Of a stretch of 64,000 nt of DNA, positions 26,299 to 40,974 are shown one piece after another; within the stretch, counting starts at the first letter, position 1; the number at the start of each line of letters is the position of its first letter. Source of the stretch: Eledone cirrhosa. Taxonomy: Eukaryota. The notes under the pieces were generated by a model, which searched no databases, had not been told where the DNA came from, and worked only from the letters and a program-made list of their open reading frames with translations. A program made the translations under genes and the position numbers. Location: assembly GCA_964016885.1 (NCBI GenBank), contig OZ024743.1, forward strand, positions 157,108,001 through 157,172,000, in the 5' to 3' direction.

Positions 26299-28110
26299 AG
26301 GGAGAGAGAGAGAGAGATAATACATACACAGTCATTAGAATATAAGGTAATAGAATAGGGATATGCGGACCACACTATGGTTAGTCTGTTGCGAAGCAGA
26401 TAAAAAGAACCGTCCAACGACCTGTATAAATGGTGCAAACCAGGACATTATATATATTATTAAAAGATCGGAAGCCATAATCAGTTGATTTAGGTTTATT
26501 TAAAGCTCCGTTATACATATTTCACAGAGGACTAACAAATATGATAGCCTGATCTCTTCTGTCAGCAAAAAAAAATAAAAGCTTGAAAATATTAAAACTT
26601 CCTCAAAGAAAGTATGGTATTTTTAGATGGTGGCAGTTTACAATTATCTCTGATTTTAAGTTACTCGCTGTTTTTAACTTAATAATTTCTCCCGATTCTC
26701 CTAGACACAATCTGTAGTGGCTCTTTTCGATCGTGTGCCGAGCCACTCGTCTACCTATGGACCACCTGATCTGGTACTTAATGTTTTTTATCCTTGAGGT
26801 CCCATATCAGGTCGGACAGTCATGTTTGGGAGCGTTGCATCTGTTGTTCAAGGAGCTTCTATGAGTTTATAACCACTCCATAAATGTTGTTGATATATAT
26901 TTTTATTTAACAACAGAAAGCCGAACTGAAAGATTTGTTTTAATAGTTCAATTCCGCGAAATCGCGGAAGTTTGATTTTGTGCAACCTTTCTCCATAATT
27001 TATGACGCCATTGAGATAACCTAGAATATGTAGTTACTACCAATATGCCTCCCTTACTATTTTCTTCGATATGTGGGCGTTGGAGTGTATTAATCCAGCG
27101 ACCAGTAATATGTGCCCCTTTAAGTAACACGTTGTTAATTTTGGCCTTGATCTAGAGTGCTTGAAAATTGATTAATTAATTAATCAATTTCCCCCTACTT
27201 CATTTTTTAATATACTTGGTCAATTGCGGCCTATTTATTTTGGACTTCACAGTGATCCACATGACTACAGGGACGACTGAGTATAAACCACACCAAGTTT
27301 AGCCCTAAACGCAAAAACACTTATATACACACAAATATATTTTCCTAAATCAGAACCATCGCATATATCAAAATTAAAAATTAACTGCCTTTGAATTATA
27401 TATTGTAAGCATATTTGTTAACATCTTATTTCAACCTCTATTCTTTGACAATATTATTATAGCTATGTCCCTCTTTAAGTACAGTCACTGCAGACTGACT
27501 TGTCTCAAAGGCGATCGATATATTAGAATATTTAGATCGCAACGACAGCGTAGCCCAAATTATAATTAAGGAGTGACATTCTCTATGAAGTATGTGTCAC
27601 CACTTGATCCCCATACCCCTTCCAACACACCTACCACCACCAAAAGATAGCAGTGAGTGACATTCGATGGACTGCCGCATACCTACATAAGTTTTTTTTT
27701 TTTTTTCTTTTTTTTTTGCTGGCAGTCCCCGAATCGAGTTATCAATTTTCAATTATTTTTCCCTATATTCCATTATATGTTTCGGTTCCATGTAATGCTG
27801 TTAGGTAATTCCGTGGATAACGCCTGAGGAGTTCGTCTTGTCTTGCATCATACCTGGATGATGGAGCTGTGCCATCTAAATATGTATAGCGATTTCGTGG
27901 AATTAAAATTCTACTAAAGCAAATTTTCAAATCCAGGCTTCTGTTGTTGTTAAATAAATAATTTACTTCGATCCTGCACCAAACACTTGATACCACATCT
28001 ACGATGGATGACATGCATAATGATGAGTGGTTTGACTGATTTGTTACATCATGGTTTACCAACCAGAGCCCCCAGTTCTACCCATTCGTAATCAAACTAA
28101 CTTAAATGGC

Positions 28111-28160
<50 letters not shown>

Positions 28161-28206
28161 GAGAAAAATGATGTGAGAAAAACCACAGACCCTCCATCTC
28201 AACTCA

Positions 28207-28244
28207 CCTTTTGAAAAGCAGAAGAACTGCGAAACCGGTAAAGG
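28207..28244 (+). ncRNA. 38-nt hammerhead with U3-A8 core in a ~225-bp element (28157-28381) between TA tracts
   Basis: CCUU-UUGAAAA-GCAG/CUGC-GAAA-CCGG-UA-AAGG; palindromic stem III ACCGGU; GUA triplet. Confidence 0.7.
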
Positions 28245-28394
28245 AACCAAATAAATATATATATTTTTTTTTAAAATAAGACTCCAGTTGCATTTTCGAT
28301 TTCATCTCTTTTTCTTTATACTTTCACTCGTGTAGGACACCTCGGTTATTTTTCAATTTGTAAAAAAAACCTCACTTTCTAATATATATCTATC

Positions 28395-28472
<78 letters not shown>

Positions 28473-28479
<7 letters not shown>

Positions 28480-29750
28480 AAGTTAAATAAAAGTCAAATG
28501 TTTAAAATTTAGCTTCGTTTATTACTGTTATATATATTTCAGTGACAGCCATCTTTGGCTGTGACCTCTTCAGGCAGTCCGAATTAGTGTGGTATAGACA
28601 AGTACATATGTTGTTGAGGTGTATAATTTTGTCAATACTCTGATATGTCCAGTTCCTGGTTAGGTTGTTATTTCTCTGAGGAACTGGAATCATATGAATT
28701 CAAACAAACGAATTTCAGTGTCAAAGGGCCTCTTCTCCTCTCATTAGTCAGTTGTTAGAACATTCCTCATTCTAAGTGTTGTTATTGTTGGAGTTAGCTT
28801 AAAAAAATGATAAAGTGGTAGAAGGAACAAGGTGGTAAAGGAACAAAATAGCCAAAAAAGTGTCAAACTTCCCATTGGTCAGTTTTGAGAGCATTCCTCA
28901 GTCAGAAGTCTATAGAATTCTTTCTGGGGTGAGGCTCCCTGTAGTGTTTGTGTTTGCTATTGTTAAGTACATTTGACCTCTACCATTATTTCGGTAGTGT
29001 TGTTGGTGTTGTGGTCAGCTTATGTCTTGCTGCTGCTGATAATTTAGAAGTATCTGTGTGTGTTTTTTCTTTATCCCTCCTGCCACCATCTCTCATAGTG
29101 GTGGTAGTGGTTGGGGGCGGGGGGGGGGTCTTCCATGTATATGAAGAAATATAAGGCAATAAATGAAGAAAACAGAAAATAAATAATAAATAGAGAATAA
29201 AGAATAAAGTATAAAGAATATATGAAAAATTGGTGAAAAAGTAATGAAAATGATTATGGAGAAGTGAAAAATAAAATGAAGATTCAAATAAAGTAGGATA
29301 AAGTGTGTGTGCTATAACCAATCTCAAGGTCAGAAATATGTTGGATAGATTGGTATGAGGATAAGATGTTAAAATAAGATAAACAAAGAAAATGTGTTTT
29401 TGTTATAATCAATCTCAACTTAAAAATAGATATAAGGTGATACAGTGAAGAGGGCAGAAAACAAATAACGAATTAATAAAGAGAAATCAAGATTTAAAAT
29501 TGGAACTTGAAAATCATAAATCAAGTAAATTAAAATGTGTTTGTGTTATATAGATGTTGGCCAAATTATAATGGCTGTGTCCGATTCAATCTCTAGGCTA
29601 TCATGGTGTCTGCTCAGCCTGGGTTGTTCCCTATGGCTTGAGGGGAGTTCACAACCTAGGGTGTTGTTACTGCCCATATAGCTTGAGGGAGGTCTGGCCG
29701 AGGGGTGTTTACATGTTCTGTAGAAGACCCTATAGCTTGAGGGGAGTTCT
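28473..29750 (-). mobile_element. PLE family C-related 3' region
   Basis: Homologous to the 6685-7100 arm; carries the ~100-bp repeat unit at 29635-29750. Confidence 0.8.
28524..28578 (-). ncRNA. Minimal hammerhead ribozyme (family C)
   Basis: ACUGC-CUGAAGA-stem II-GAAA-UAUAUA-UA-ACAGU. Confidence 0.8.
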
Positions 29751-30140
29751 TGTATTGCTACTTCATATTGCTACGAATAAAGGATTCACTACCAGTTCAA
29801 CCCCGTTAACACTCTTGATCGCCCGTTTAAGTTCTTCTATTGCATGTAACACTCTGCCGCACTATAGCATTATATAAACAAAACACACGTGCCTGCCACA
29901 CGTGTAACTATTACACTCAATAACTGCTTATGACTATCCTATCGCATTAATTTCATGTTGTATTTTAACATTATTTTTTGATTGTATCCTCTTTTGTTAT
30001 GAATGTAACCCTTTAAATGTATACTGCGACACTAAATATTATAATGGTTGTCGACCTACCAAGCAACAACGTTTGCATATGTATCTGTATGTCTATTGGG
30101 TTGAAAAGGAGGTCATATATGTGATCATTCATTAATAAAT

Positions 30141-30187
30141 TGCTCCGAAGAATTCAAACCTCGGTTTGGAGGAAACAATTGTAAGCA
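30141..30187 (+). ncRNA. Hammerhead motif (CCGAAGA core) in a PLE terminus at ~29750-30227
   Basis: UGCU-CCGAAGA-UCAAACC/GGUUUGG-GAAA-CAAUUG-UA-AGCA; palindromic stem III ACAAUUGU. Confidence 0.65.
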
Positions 30188-30222
30188 TATAAATCATTTG
30201 ATCGGAACTTTGATTCTTATAA

Positions 30223-30307
<85 letters not shown>

Positions 30308-30309
<2 letters not shown>

Positions 30310-30565
30310 AAAGTTATATTTAAAATTGTTGGGTTACAACTAGTAAATATTTATAACTGATATAAAAGCACTCGACAAATATTTGGAGTATATTTCAAAT
30401 GCAAGTCGGTGTTATAACGGTATGTCGAATCTATTTATCTATAAAACTGTTTATATTGTATTTTGTCTGAGGAAGGCATAGCATATTGTTAATATGATAT
30501 CCCCGAAATATATATAATGAAATAAATATGGTTTTATAAATATAGTTTCCATTTATTTAATATTG

Positions 30566-30597
<32 letters not shown>

Positions 30598-30845
30598 CAA
30601 TGGTATTGAATAAATGGAAACAATATTTATAAAACCATATTTATTCAATTATATATAATTCAAGGTACCAAAATTTTGGTACGCTATCATCAGATAAAAT
30701 ACTAAATGTTTTATAAATATTTGACATAACCAAGGATAATATAATTTAACGGTTCAAGTTATTCCTGGAAAGTCGAGTGCTCTGAATCAGTTATAAACAT
30801 TTATATGCGTTGTATTTCCAACAAATTAAATATCCCTTCTACTTA
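30308..30845. mobile_element. Two short PLE insertions (family E), each a pLTR arm plus an inverted tail
   Basis: 30308-30565 and 30595-30845 are diverged mirror images separated by TA; hammerheads at 30460-30523 (+) and 30643-30700 (-, degenerate). Confidence 0.75.
30460..30523 (+). ncRNA. Minimal hammerhead ribozyme (family E)
   Basis: AUUUUGU-CUGAGGA-stem II (CAUAUU/AAUAUG)-GAAA-UAUAUA-UA-AUGAAAU. Confidence 0.8.
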
Positions 30846-30918
30846 TATATGTATATATATATATGTATAGATATATATTTATTAAAATAATATATATTAT
30901 ATATATATATATATATAA

Positions 30919-30975
<57 letters not shown>

Positions 30976-31166
30976 ATATTTATCCGTTCATCAATACACA
31001 GTCCACAAGATGGATTACCCCTTCGTATGGCTTGGACTTAGTGATGGCTTTCCATATTGATGGCGTCCATACGGTTCTCCTTCCTATTCCATGACCAGTA
31101 CTAGCAGAGAATCGGCTAAGGTGAACCAGTTGTTCTGTGTATGGTGACCTAACTGTTGTGTTACCA

Positions 31167-31230
<64 letters not shown>

Positions 31231-32307
31231 CGAAAATTCATATATATATATGAATTTTGGCTCTACATGGCTGAATAAAATAAATGTAATCTGAGTTGTT
31301 CGAATATTAATAACATTCGATTCGTTTGTAATTATGCAATTATGCAAACATTTATTTGAATATGGCTAAGCCGGCCATATACAGGAAACTGACTGGCCAG
31401 TCTGTTGATATGCAAATGTGGCTGATCAGTCGATCTGCAATTATATACAGATCTACCTGATTAGCCAGTCTTCTAATATGCAAATCAGGCCGATCAGTCA
31501 CTGTATATTTTAGAAAATAGCATATATTTTCACTAGCTCTCACAGTTGGCAGGTGAACTGTGAGCTGTACTGATAAAGGGTGATACCCAGAAACATTAGT
31601 GTCTCTAGTTCTGTTTACATGCCAACACAAGAGCAAGAATGAAGGGTTTATTCTACTGACATGGTTTTTAAAATGAGGCTTCTTTGTATAATTGCAAACG
31701 AATCAAATGTTATTATTAATATTTGAAAAACTCAGATTACATTTAATATATATATATATATATATATGGAAAGTTCATGAATACTGGTACTTAGACTATA
31801 ATGCCTGTTTTATACGAACTAATATTTTCTACGGATAAAACATAGCGGTTTTAAATTCTGCATCGTTTATGTCTGGTTATGTTTCATTTTCTCTTTTTCA
31901 TTTTCTCTTTTTTCTCTCTATATAACGGCTATTTTCTCTCTTAACTACATACATCTCTCTTTACATTAATACTAGAGCTAAATAAATAAATAAATAAATA
32001 AATAAATGTATCAACCGATACTCAACTTCCTAATTTCTCTATCTATCTCTTTCTTTTTTTTTTTTTTCCTCTCTCTATATATATTTCTCTCTGTTTCTTT
32101 ACATGAAGGTCTTCTCTTTATCTATCTTTGTATATCCCTCTATTTAGTCACATACATTTCTTCTTTTTCTTCGTTTCTCTTTCTTTCTCTCATTATCTCT
32201 TTCTTTTTACAACTGTCCACAATTTTTTACTGCCAAATCAACCTCACAAATGCAAGGTGATTGAAAGGTATGTCGTATCTATTTATTTATAAGACTGTTT
32301 ATATTGT

Positions 32308-32371
32308 ATTTTGTCTGAAGATGGCATAACATATTGTTAATATGATATCCCTGAAATATATATAACGAAAT
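32308..32371 (+). ncRNA. Minimal hammerhead ribozyme (family E copy, element ~32265-32412)
   Basis: AUUUUGU-CUGAAGA-...-GAAA-UAUAUA-UA-ACGAAAU. Confidence 0.8.
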
Positions 32372-32409
32372 AAATGTGGTTTTATAAATATAGTTTCCAT
32401 TTATTTAAT

Positions 32410-32470
<61 letters not shown>

Positions 32471-32474
<4 letters not shown>

Positions 32475-32645
32475 AGAGTCAGGACCCCGACTGCTTAGCT
32501 CCGGCTGTTTCGACAGCTAGATCCGAACTGTTCGGATCTAGCTGTCGAAACGGCTGCAGCTCAACTGTTGGCGTCCTGACTCTTTTCCTATTACCCACTC
32601 TACCGCTATAAGTATTGAGTACTCTGGTGCATTATGGTCCATACA
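32471..32645. mobile_element. Hairpin element related to family B
   Basis: Palindrome centred on GATCCGAAC-T-GTTCGGATC; tail on the right arm is homologous to the family B tail. Confidence 0.78.
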
Positions 32646-33895
32646 CATATGGATATATACAAATATATACATAATTAGAAACATAAACACATACACACTC
32701 GCTCATATACGCCCGCATATACATGTAAATATATGATATATATATATATATATATATACATACACACACTCACATATAAATATATACATATATATATACA
32801 CACGCACGCACATTGAAACATACATACACAGACACATATATATATATATACACACGCACGCACATTGAAACACACACACACACACACATATACATATAAA
32901 TCTACATATGTATATATGTATTTGTATATATGGTTGTGTGTGTATGTATGTATGTGTATGTCTGTATGTATGTATGAATGTATCTATATATCGGCTTCCG
33001 AGGGAAAGCACTGTTAAAAAGGTACTCAATATGCTGGTAAAGTATAGGTGTCTTTATTATGTATAGAAATTCCTTCTACAGGATTAGAACTTTTTCTTTC
33101 GTGTGAAATCATCTTGAATATAAAGATATTTTATGTATATTTCTTCTTGCCTCACTGTATTACGAAAATCTGACATAGTTACTTAAATTTTAAATGTTGT
33201 AGTCGAGCCTTTCTCCATAAATGCTTGTTTATTTTTAAATGAAAACCCATACATTAAATTCTTAATGGCCATGTATTTGGTAAGTATGCTTAGTTGCTTT
33301 TCTTATATACAAATGAGTGTATAATTCAAAATCAGATGCGTATGCATACACGCAAAAACGCCTAAACATGCACACATTCTGTTATTTTTCAATGCTGCTG
33401 TTATTTAGTCACGGTTTATAATGATATATTTATATGAAACTATGTGTGTATATAGTCATGTAAGGGATCTTGTGTTCGGGCGTCCCTCTCTTTTTGATCA
33501 TGTTCATGTACAGCTGCATGTGTCTGCATTTTATTTCATTCAAATATATAGACCATAGTAATCACGACAGTATGTATAATGTAAGCATGGTCATGGGATG
33601 ATGCGACCTGATTTACATAACAGTGCAAAGTTGGCTGAGCTTATTAATTAACTGAAGCAGTAACGCAGCCTGAACATTATTAAAATTGAAAATATAATTA
33701 CGATCAAATATTTAATGAAGATATTTTTAGCCAATATTTCAAGGATATGTAAATGTGTTCTGGCTCGCTTGATCTCGATTTTGTTATCAATATAATTGAT
33801 AAAACTACTTGTCTCAACAACCAAGAATGAGTAATCGATATTTGTTGATGGCTTTAAAATCTAAATGAATCGGTTATTATTAGACACTCTCTCTT

Positions 33896-33936
<41 letters not shown>

Positions 33937-34192
33937 CGCGCGCGCGGTCTGTCTCTTTCACACACACACACACAGTCTCTATTTCTCACCAATGGCAATG
34001 AGCCCTGTCTTGATGCCACATGATGTATTTTCACGCAGAGACACATTTCCTGCTGAGTAAACATATTACACTAGTTTAATTTACATTTCATTTCGTAACA
34101 GCAACAGGTAATTAAAACATCATGCCACGTTTGCAGTAAATAGAGTTGGACGAAATCTATTAAGTTATATTACACCTATAGCGGCAATTAAG

Positions 34193-34345
34193 AGGGCGAA
34201 TTGGCAGAGTTGTTAGGAACGTCAGATGCTTTGTGGTGTCGATTTGACAGTGCTCTCTGAGTTCAAATCCCGATTTGGTCAATTTTGCATTTCATGAATT
34301 CGTGTTTGATAAACAAAAAGTACTATTATTGTACTGGGGTCGATT
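34193..34345 (+). mobile_element. Degenerate family-1-related SINE
   Basis: TGGCAGAGTTG...CTGAGTTCAAATCCCG...GTACTGGGGTCGAT; similar decayed copies at 37445-37585, 39355-39560 and 40075-40260. Confidence 0.65.
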
Positions 34346-34847
34346 CTTCCTCTATATACCTTTCTCACTTCTTTTCTTTCAGTCCCTTTATGCTTCTCTG
34401 AAAGAAATATGTTGAATTCAGGCCTGGAGAGTAGATGGGATCGGCCATGTTTAAAAATGCCCTCAAAACGCCGTATATTAATACGGCATCGCTACGACAT
34501 ACTCTGAAGTTACGGAGCCATGCATGCATGCAGAGCAGCTATTAGTATTCTCTCAGAAACAATCGCTTTTTCTTTCTCAATAACGGATATGAGTAAGGAA
34601 GTCCTGACGATGGCTTTAACAAAGGTTGAGACTAATCAATTGTTCGACTTGGGTTATTTCCCAGTAAAAAGGGGAAGAGTTATTTCATGTACAAGCATTA
34701 TTTTCTTAGATAGGCGAAAATATGTGAAGAAAACATATGGCGAAAACATTCGATACAAATATTGTTATAGACACAATATCCGTGATCTATAAAATATATA
34801 TCTATACCTTCCTGTCAATCAACATTTATCATTTCATCACCCTCTCT

Positions 34848-35300
<453 letters not shown>

Positions 35301-35364
35301 TACACACACACGCACACACACAACAGATAGCTCACTCCATACACCATATATATGTATATATATA

Positions 35365-36273
35365 CTAGCAGTAAAGCCCGGCGTTGTAGCCGTGCTCAGT
35401 AGCTGTGTTAAGGTTACAATGTTAAGTTCCTTTCTTGGCTTAAAAACTGTAGAGTTTACAGTGTAGACTTTCATGTGGTACTTTTGATTAATAATCTCTC
35501 AACCAACAGTATGGCTTATAAAGTTAAGAAAACATAACTATAACCCGAAAGTTAAAACAAAAGAGGATGCTGGGGATAAAAACTGCACTGGTAATCTATT
35601 AACTAAAATTGAAAATGTAAACACTGCAACACTTGTCTCAGAGAAAAACACCAGCGTAAACAAACTATCAGTTATTTTGAAACAAAAAATTTGATGGACA
35701 TGAAAAACAAAAACAAAAATGCGTTATCTGTCTGTCGTTTAAAATCATTGCTTCTGAATGAAAATCTCACAAGGCTTTATTCGAGATCAATGCTTTTTTT
35801 ACAAAATATTTGCTTGTTTTACGGTGTATTCAAATAGTCTTGTTTTCAAGTAAAATATTGTTGTAAAAGACTTTTTAATGGAAACGAAGCAAAATGGAAG
35901 CTTAATGTTGAAACTTCGAACTCGTGAATTTTGCTGGCCCTAAAACTGTTCGTGTATATTTTGTACTTTTGCACGCGTCGTTTATTCGTAACGTAAACAG
36001 ATAAACATAATAACGCCATAAAAGGGAAATAACTTGTCTCTCATCTCTATTTATACATTTGAACTGAAAAATCAATACATTACAAATTCGATTTTTGCAC
36101 TTGGCGTGTGTCGATTTGAAAATTGTTTTTGCTGATGTCTCAGCCGGATCTTCATCTATAAGTGTAGCAATTTCACCTAAATTTTAACGTACCGTTTAGG
36201 AAGAGATGTGTGCGGACCGTTTAAGTTGTCAGACATACAGACAGACAGACAACGTCAGTTTTATATATATAGA
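35365..36273 (-). mobile_element. Non-autonomous Helitron
   Basis: Minus strand begins A|TCTATATATATAAAAC..(TGTC)n and ends with a GC hairpin (CGGCTACAACGCCG) then CTAG|T. Confidence 0.8.
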
Positions 36274-37064
36274 TGTATGCGTGTGTCTGTGTGTATGTAT
36301 ATATGCATTTATATAACCAAATATACTAGAGTGTCATGTTCGTGGATGCAACCCCTGGAGGGAAATTAGCTAACCAATTAAGAAAGGTACTAAGAAATTG
36401 TATACTGTTGAAGATGAAGAGAAAGACTGTAAAAACTAGCTTATCTTTATAATTTAAAATTGATATACACTACGATACTTTGTACATGCCAACGCTTCAT
36501 TTTGCCTTATGACAGCTAGTTTTACACGCCGTAACATTAGATACATTATATACCCCCCCCCCCCCACCTAAGTAATGTCAGGGTATCCTTAAATAGTTTA
36601 TTGATAGCATTGTTGTAATTGTTGTTATTGTTCTAATTGAATGCCATTACTACTTCATATAGTAGCCTGTATTTTCTTTTCTTTTCTTGCCTGTGTATTT
36701 TCTTCATTCTCGCATGCTCCGAAGATCTGACTGGTTATAATTCTGTATTGGCGATCGAGTAACGCAAAATTAAGCGAATAGCGATCTCTAGACATACCAG
36801 TTCAGTGAAACAAATGTAAGCTATGTGATTAAAAACTTCTTTGTATAGCAAACCATGTAAACCTTCTTTCCTGATTTATTATTACTCCAAGTGTTTACAA
36901 CATAGGAATTACGGCATACCCGCAGCATCACTATGAAAACGCCTTGTTGAGTCAAACCAAACCAAGCGTTAATATCATCCACTACCTGGAATACCATAAC
37001 TGGACTTCACCTAAGTGGACTGCATTTAACTATTATTTGTTAATCCGTATATATATATATATAT

Positions 37065-37160
37065 AATAAAATAAATAAGTCACATTTTTAAAATTTGGCT
37101 TCGTTTATTACTGCTATATATATTTCGGTGACAGCCATTTTTGGCTGTGACCACTTCAGG
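37065..37160 (-). mobile_element. Family C pLTR end truncated at the hammerhead core
   Basis: Homologous to 28480-28575; core mutated to CUGAAGU. Confidence 0.75.
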
Positions 37161-38299
37161 ACGACTAATGTGGACTGCCTGGGATAATAATAGTTGAGCT
37201 GTTTAACGTTGCATTCTCGAATAGAAGGTTCGAACATACGTAAAGATTAATCTTCAATTTTTACATTTCCTTGGGAGTTTTCCGGAATATATCCACCAAA
37301 CGTATTACCTTTATTTCGAAAAATATATGTTAAGCCTAAATGTAATAAACAAATAAATATATACATCACAACAGAAAAAATATTTTCTACTAATTATTCT
37401 GAAATATAGTGCTTCAAATAGATATTTCTTTGAATATATAAAGATACAATTGGAACGTTGGATAGAATGCTTTGCACTATTTGTTCCGGCTCTATTCTCT
37501 CTGAGTCCAAATCCCGCCTAGGTCAACTGTGCCTTACATCCTTTCGAGGGCGATAAAACAGATACTGACTCAGTACTGGGGTCTATACTTCCTCTATATC
37601 CTTTTCTCTCTTTGTCTCTTTCACTGTCAATCCTTCTGTGGAAAACATCTACTGTGTTCGGAATTGGAGGGGGATGGGCTTAAAATACCCAAGAAATGCT
37701 ATATATCACTACGGTGCTAACGACGCCATCGGGTGTTTTGCGACTACCAAAGATTACGCATTGTTTTAAAACAGCAAAATTACCGCTCTGATTCCTACTG
37801 TAAAATAAACCTACAAAACATGACATCAAAATAACCGGTTGACATTATTTTTTCATGTTAGTCTGCCCCTATTTTCTTTAATTCATACAGCCATCGAAGA
37901 CTAATTCTAATTTGTACCCTTTAGTAGTGTAGAAGGGGTGAAAGTATGAACGAATTCCAAATCTTCTTTCTAATATAACCGAAATATATTGATTAATACA
38001 CTATTTGGAGACGTTATAGATATCCATATTGGCATATTCCTGAAATCCAACTCTGAAACATTTGAAAACGCCCGAGCAATTGTTGCATGAGAAGGCTTAA
38101 CATGTTTCCCCTATCTTCTGGTACCACACAGTCCCTGTGTTAACCAATGTATCTTTCTAATCTTCCAGTAACTGTAAAGTGCCGATTCCAGTGTTAACTT
38201 AACCTTCTTTCTTTTAGACGAGGATTGTTCTTTGTTTACTCTTAGTTATGGGTAAGGTATTTTGTTCCTGATATTATAGAAGATGGTGATGCTGTCCTG

Positions 38300-38900
38300 C
38301 TTTTATTTCTGTTGCTGCAACTGGTGCTCGTGGAGTTTTTACAGATATATCTGCTTATCTGGATGATGCGGAGCATTGGCGTCGCCAGGAGTGTTTTGGC
38401 ACACTTACTACGTAATTTTGTGGGCCAAAAGATTTCAAATATGTGCTGGTGTCACACAAGTGGCACCTTCGCGTTCCACGTTCTATTTATGCATCACGAG
38501 GCATGTTAATGACGCCGAGGATGGCTTCCAAACTCTCTTTAACAGTATATGGATCAGGATTTCTATTCCCGTACCAGACCAGTCCACCTTCCCCAGCTTC
38601 TAAAGGTAGATTATCTGATTGTGTTATGTCCGTGCCAGAAAAGATGCGTCCTCCGAGCAGATGTATATTTCTGGCGCTACGTGCATTATCATAATTTTGT
38701 ATAAAAGTTTACTGTGATTATTTGGATTGAGGAAGGGGGCGTTATTCGCTTTATTAGTATGATAGTGGAGTGTTTCGTTTGCAGTGCTTTGTGACACTTT
38801 GTTCCAGTTTGTTAAATATTCCCTCCACTTTATATCACTAACGTTTCCCCACATTTGTCAATTGTTCTCCACACCATCTAGGACTTGGTGGCTGTATATT
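38300..38900 (-). pseudogene. Possible decayed LINE ORF1 (zinc-knuckle-like)
   Basis: RRCHLCDTSTYLKSFGP fits a degenerate CX2CX4HX4C motif. Confidence 0.25.
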
Positions 38901-40718
38901 ACAGAATGTTTTCTCTGCGCTGGAGAACTAAATCCAACACAAAGAAAAGAAATTCTAAACCTGTTTGGGGTTATTTCGAACGTGTCCATTGCTCTGGCCT
39001 ATGTCACTAAGTATGAGAGTATGCGATTACAGCAAGAGGATCTTTGTTTATTGCCGTCGTTGTCGCTGTAATAATAGAGGTAATGATAGCGTTTTTAACG
39101 CTCATTTCAGAGGTAACAGCGGCGACAGATTTATACATTGCTAGACTTGGTGGAGTATGTTGTATTTTGATGTTATGCTGGTGGTGATGTTATATTCGGT
39201 TTTTGTTTTATGATTGTAGCTGTTACTATTATTTTTATTGATATATTTTGTTGAATCATAGTACTGGCTTGCTCAGAGCAAAGTAGAATTATTACTGTTA
39301 CGAATATCATTGGTTTGATTTCCAATGCAATTAGAGAAGTGAGTCTAAGCGAATATTTGTTTCTAACATAGACATAAGGCCAGGGATTTTGATGGAGAGA
39401 TGAAGGCTGATTACATTGACACTTGACTGGTATTTTGTTTTGTCGACTCTAAAAGGATTAAATGTTAAGTTGGTCTCGGACGGATTTGAACTCACAACAT
39501 AAAAGTTGCTATCAAAACACCGCAAAACAGTTTCCCAACGCTCTACCTATAGTGTTAAACGGCAAAACTATTATTTAAAATTGAAGTCAATGCTACAAAT
39601 AACATACTCCATAAAAGATTGCATAAATCGTGTGTGTAAAATAAATCGAAATGTCTATAATGTTAAAGCGTAATGTGAAGGAACATAAAAGATAAATAAC
39701 GAACACACTAAAAATGTCTCAGCTTAATTTTAACGATAGATATACAGTGTACATTTAATGTGACTAAAGTCATTGGAATATTCAATTATAGTGTGGAACA
39801 TTCTTCGTCCGTAAGAAGGCCGCCTAGAAGCTAACGGAAACTATGATTAATCAGACATCCGACAAGCACAAAATAAAATTATCCAGACAAAGAACTGTTT
39901 GAAAATGATGTTGTATATAATCAAGCAGTCGATTATCTCTTCTTTCTAAATAATGTTCTACATTTTACTAAACATTGTATTTATGATACCACGGTGTGAG
40001 AATTCTTCTTTTATATATTAAGGATATATATTTCCATTCGTATTTATTATTTCTATAATATGTTTCTATTTCTAACCCACACGATTAGAGACAAAATGGG
40101 GAACTGACAACATTGTTAGAGCGTCAGTTAGAATACTATATGTTATTTCTTCCGGTTTTTTACTTTGGGGTTGATTCCCGATGTGGTCATCTTTTCCTTT
40201 CATTCATTCCGGGTTGAAAAATAAAGTAACACTTTTGAACTAAAGTCAATTTCTTTTGCACCCTTTCTTTCTGTAAGAAATCATGGATGGTAACATCTAT
40301 GGAGTATTGGGCTACACGGGTTTAATGCCGAAGAAACACCGTATTTCCTGACAGTTTTCGTCCGACTCTACCATGAGTTAAAGACTTAATAAAATATGAA
40401 TGATATTTCTATGTACTACATATCTTAACCTACTATCATTCGAGTATTTTGATTTTCCGAAACCACTTCAACATATGTTCGGTATAAAAAAATATATTTA
40501 ATAAAAAGGAAGCCTCAAAATATTCTCGGAGAATTGAGTTTACAAAGTAATGAAAAATGAATAGAAAATTAGTATGTTTCATATATTTTGGTTGCAATAA
40601 TGTAGTGAGTGATGTAGAATAAAACGATAAGCCTGCAACAGACAGAATCTGTGACACCGTTTCACCATGTAATTGTAATAAATTCATTTCGCATGTGTAG
40701 TTCTTCTGCCCGCTAAAC

Positions 40719-40912
40719 CAGACCTGTCAACTCTCCTCGTCGGACGGAGACATTTCCCACACACGTTGAGAATGGTGAGAGATGATTTCTCTCGTAAAAA
40801 TAGGTATAGCTTTCATTATGTAACATCTCCCCACTTTACCGCATTTCTCCCCGTTTGGGTGGCTTTGTTTCCTGGTACTCCACATTTGAGTGTTTATAGG
40901 TTGGCAGGTCAG
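40719..40912. mobile_element. Short MITE
   Basis: TIR CAGACCTGTCAAC / GTTGGCAGGTCAG. Confidence 0.55.
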
Positions 40913-40974
40913 TAAGCATATTTTCCTCAAAATAAGTGACATAATGACCGTGTGTCTGTGACTGTGTATGCATA

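Noticed and set aside
40720-40778. Apparent AG...GT exon
   Set aside because: It lies inside a TIR-bounded MITE.
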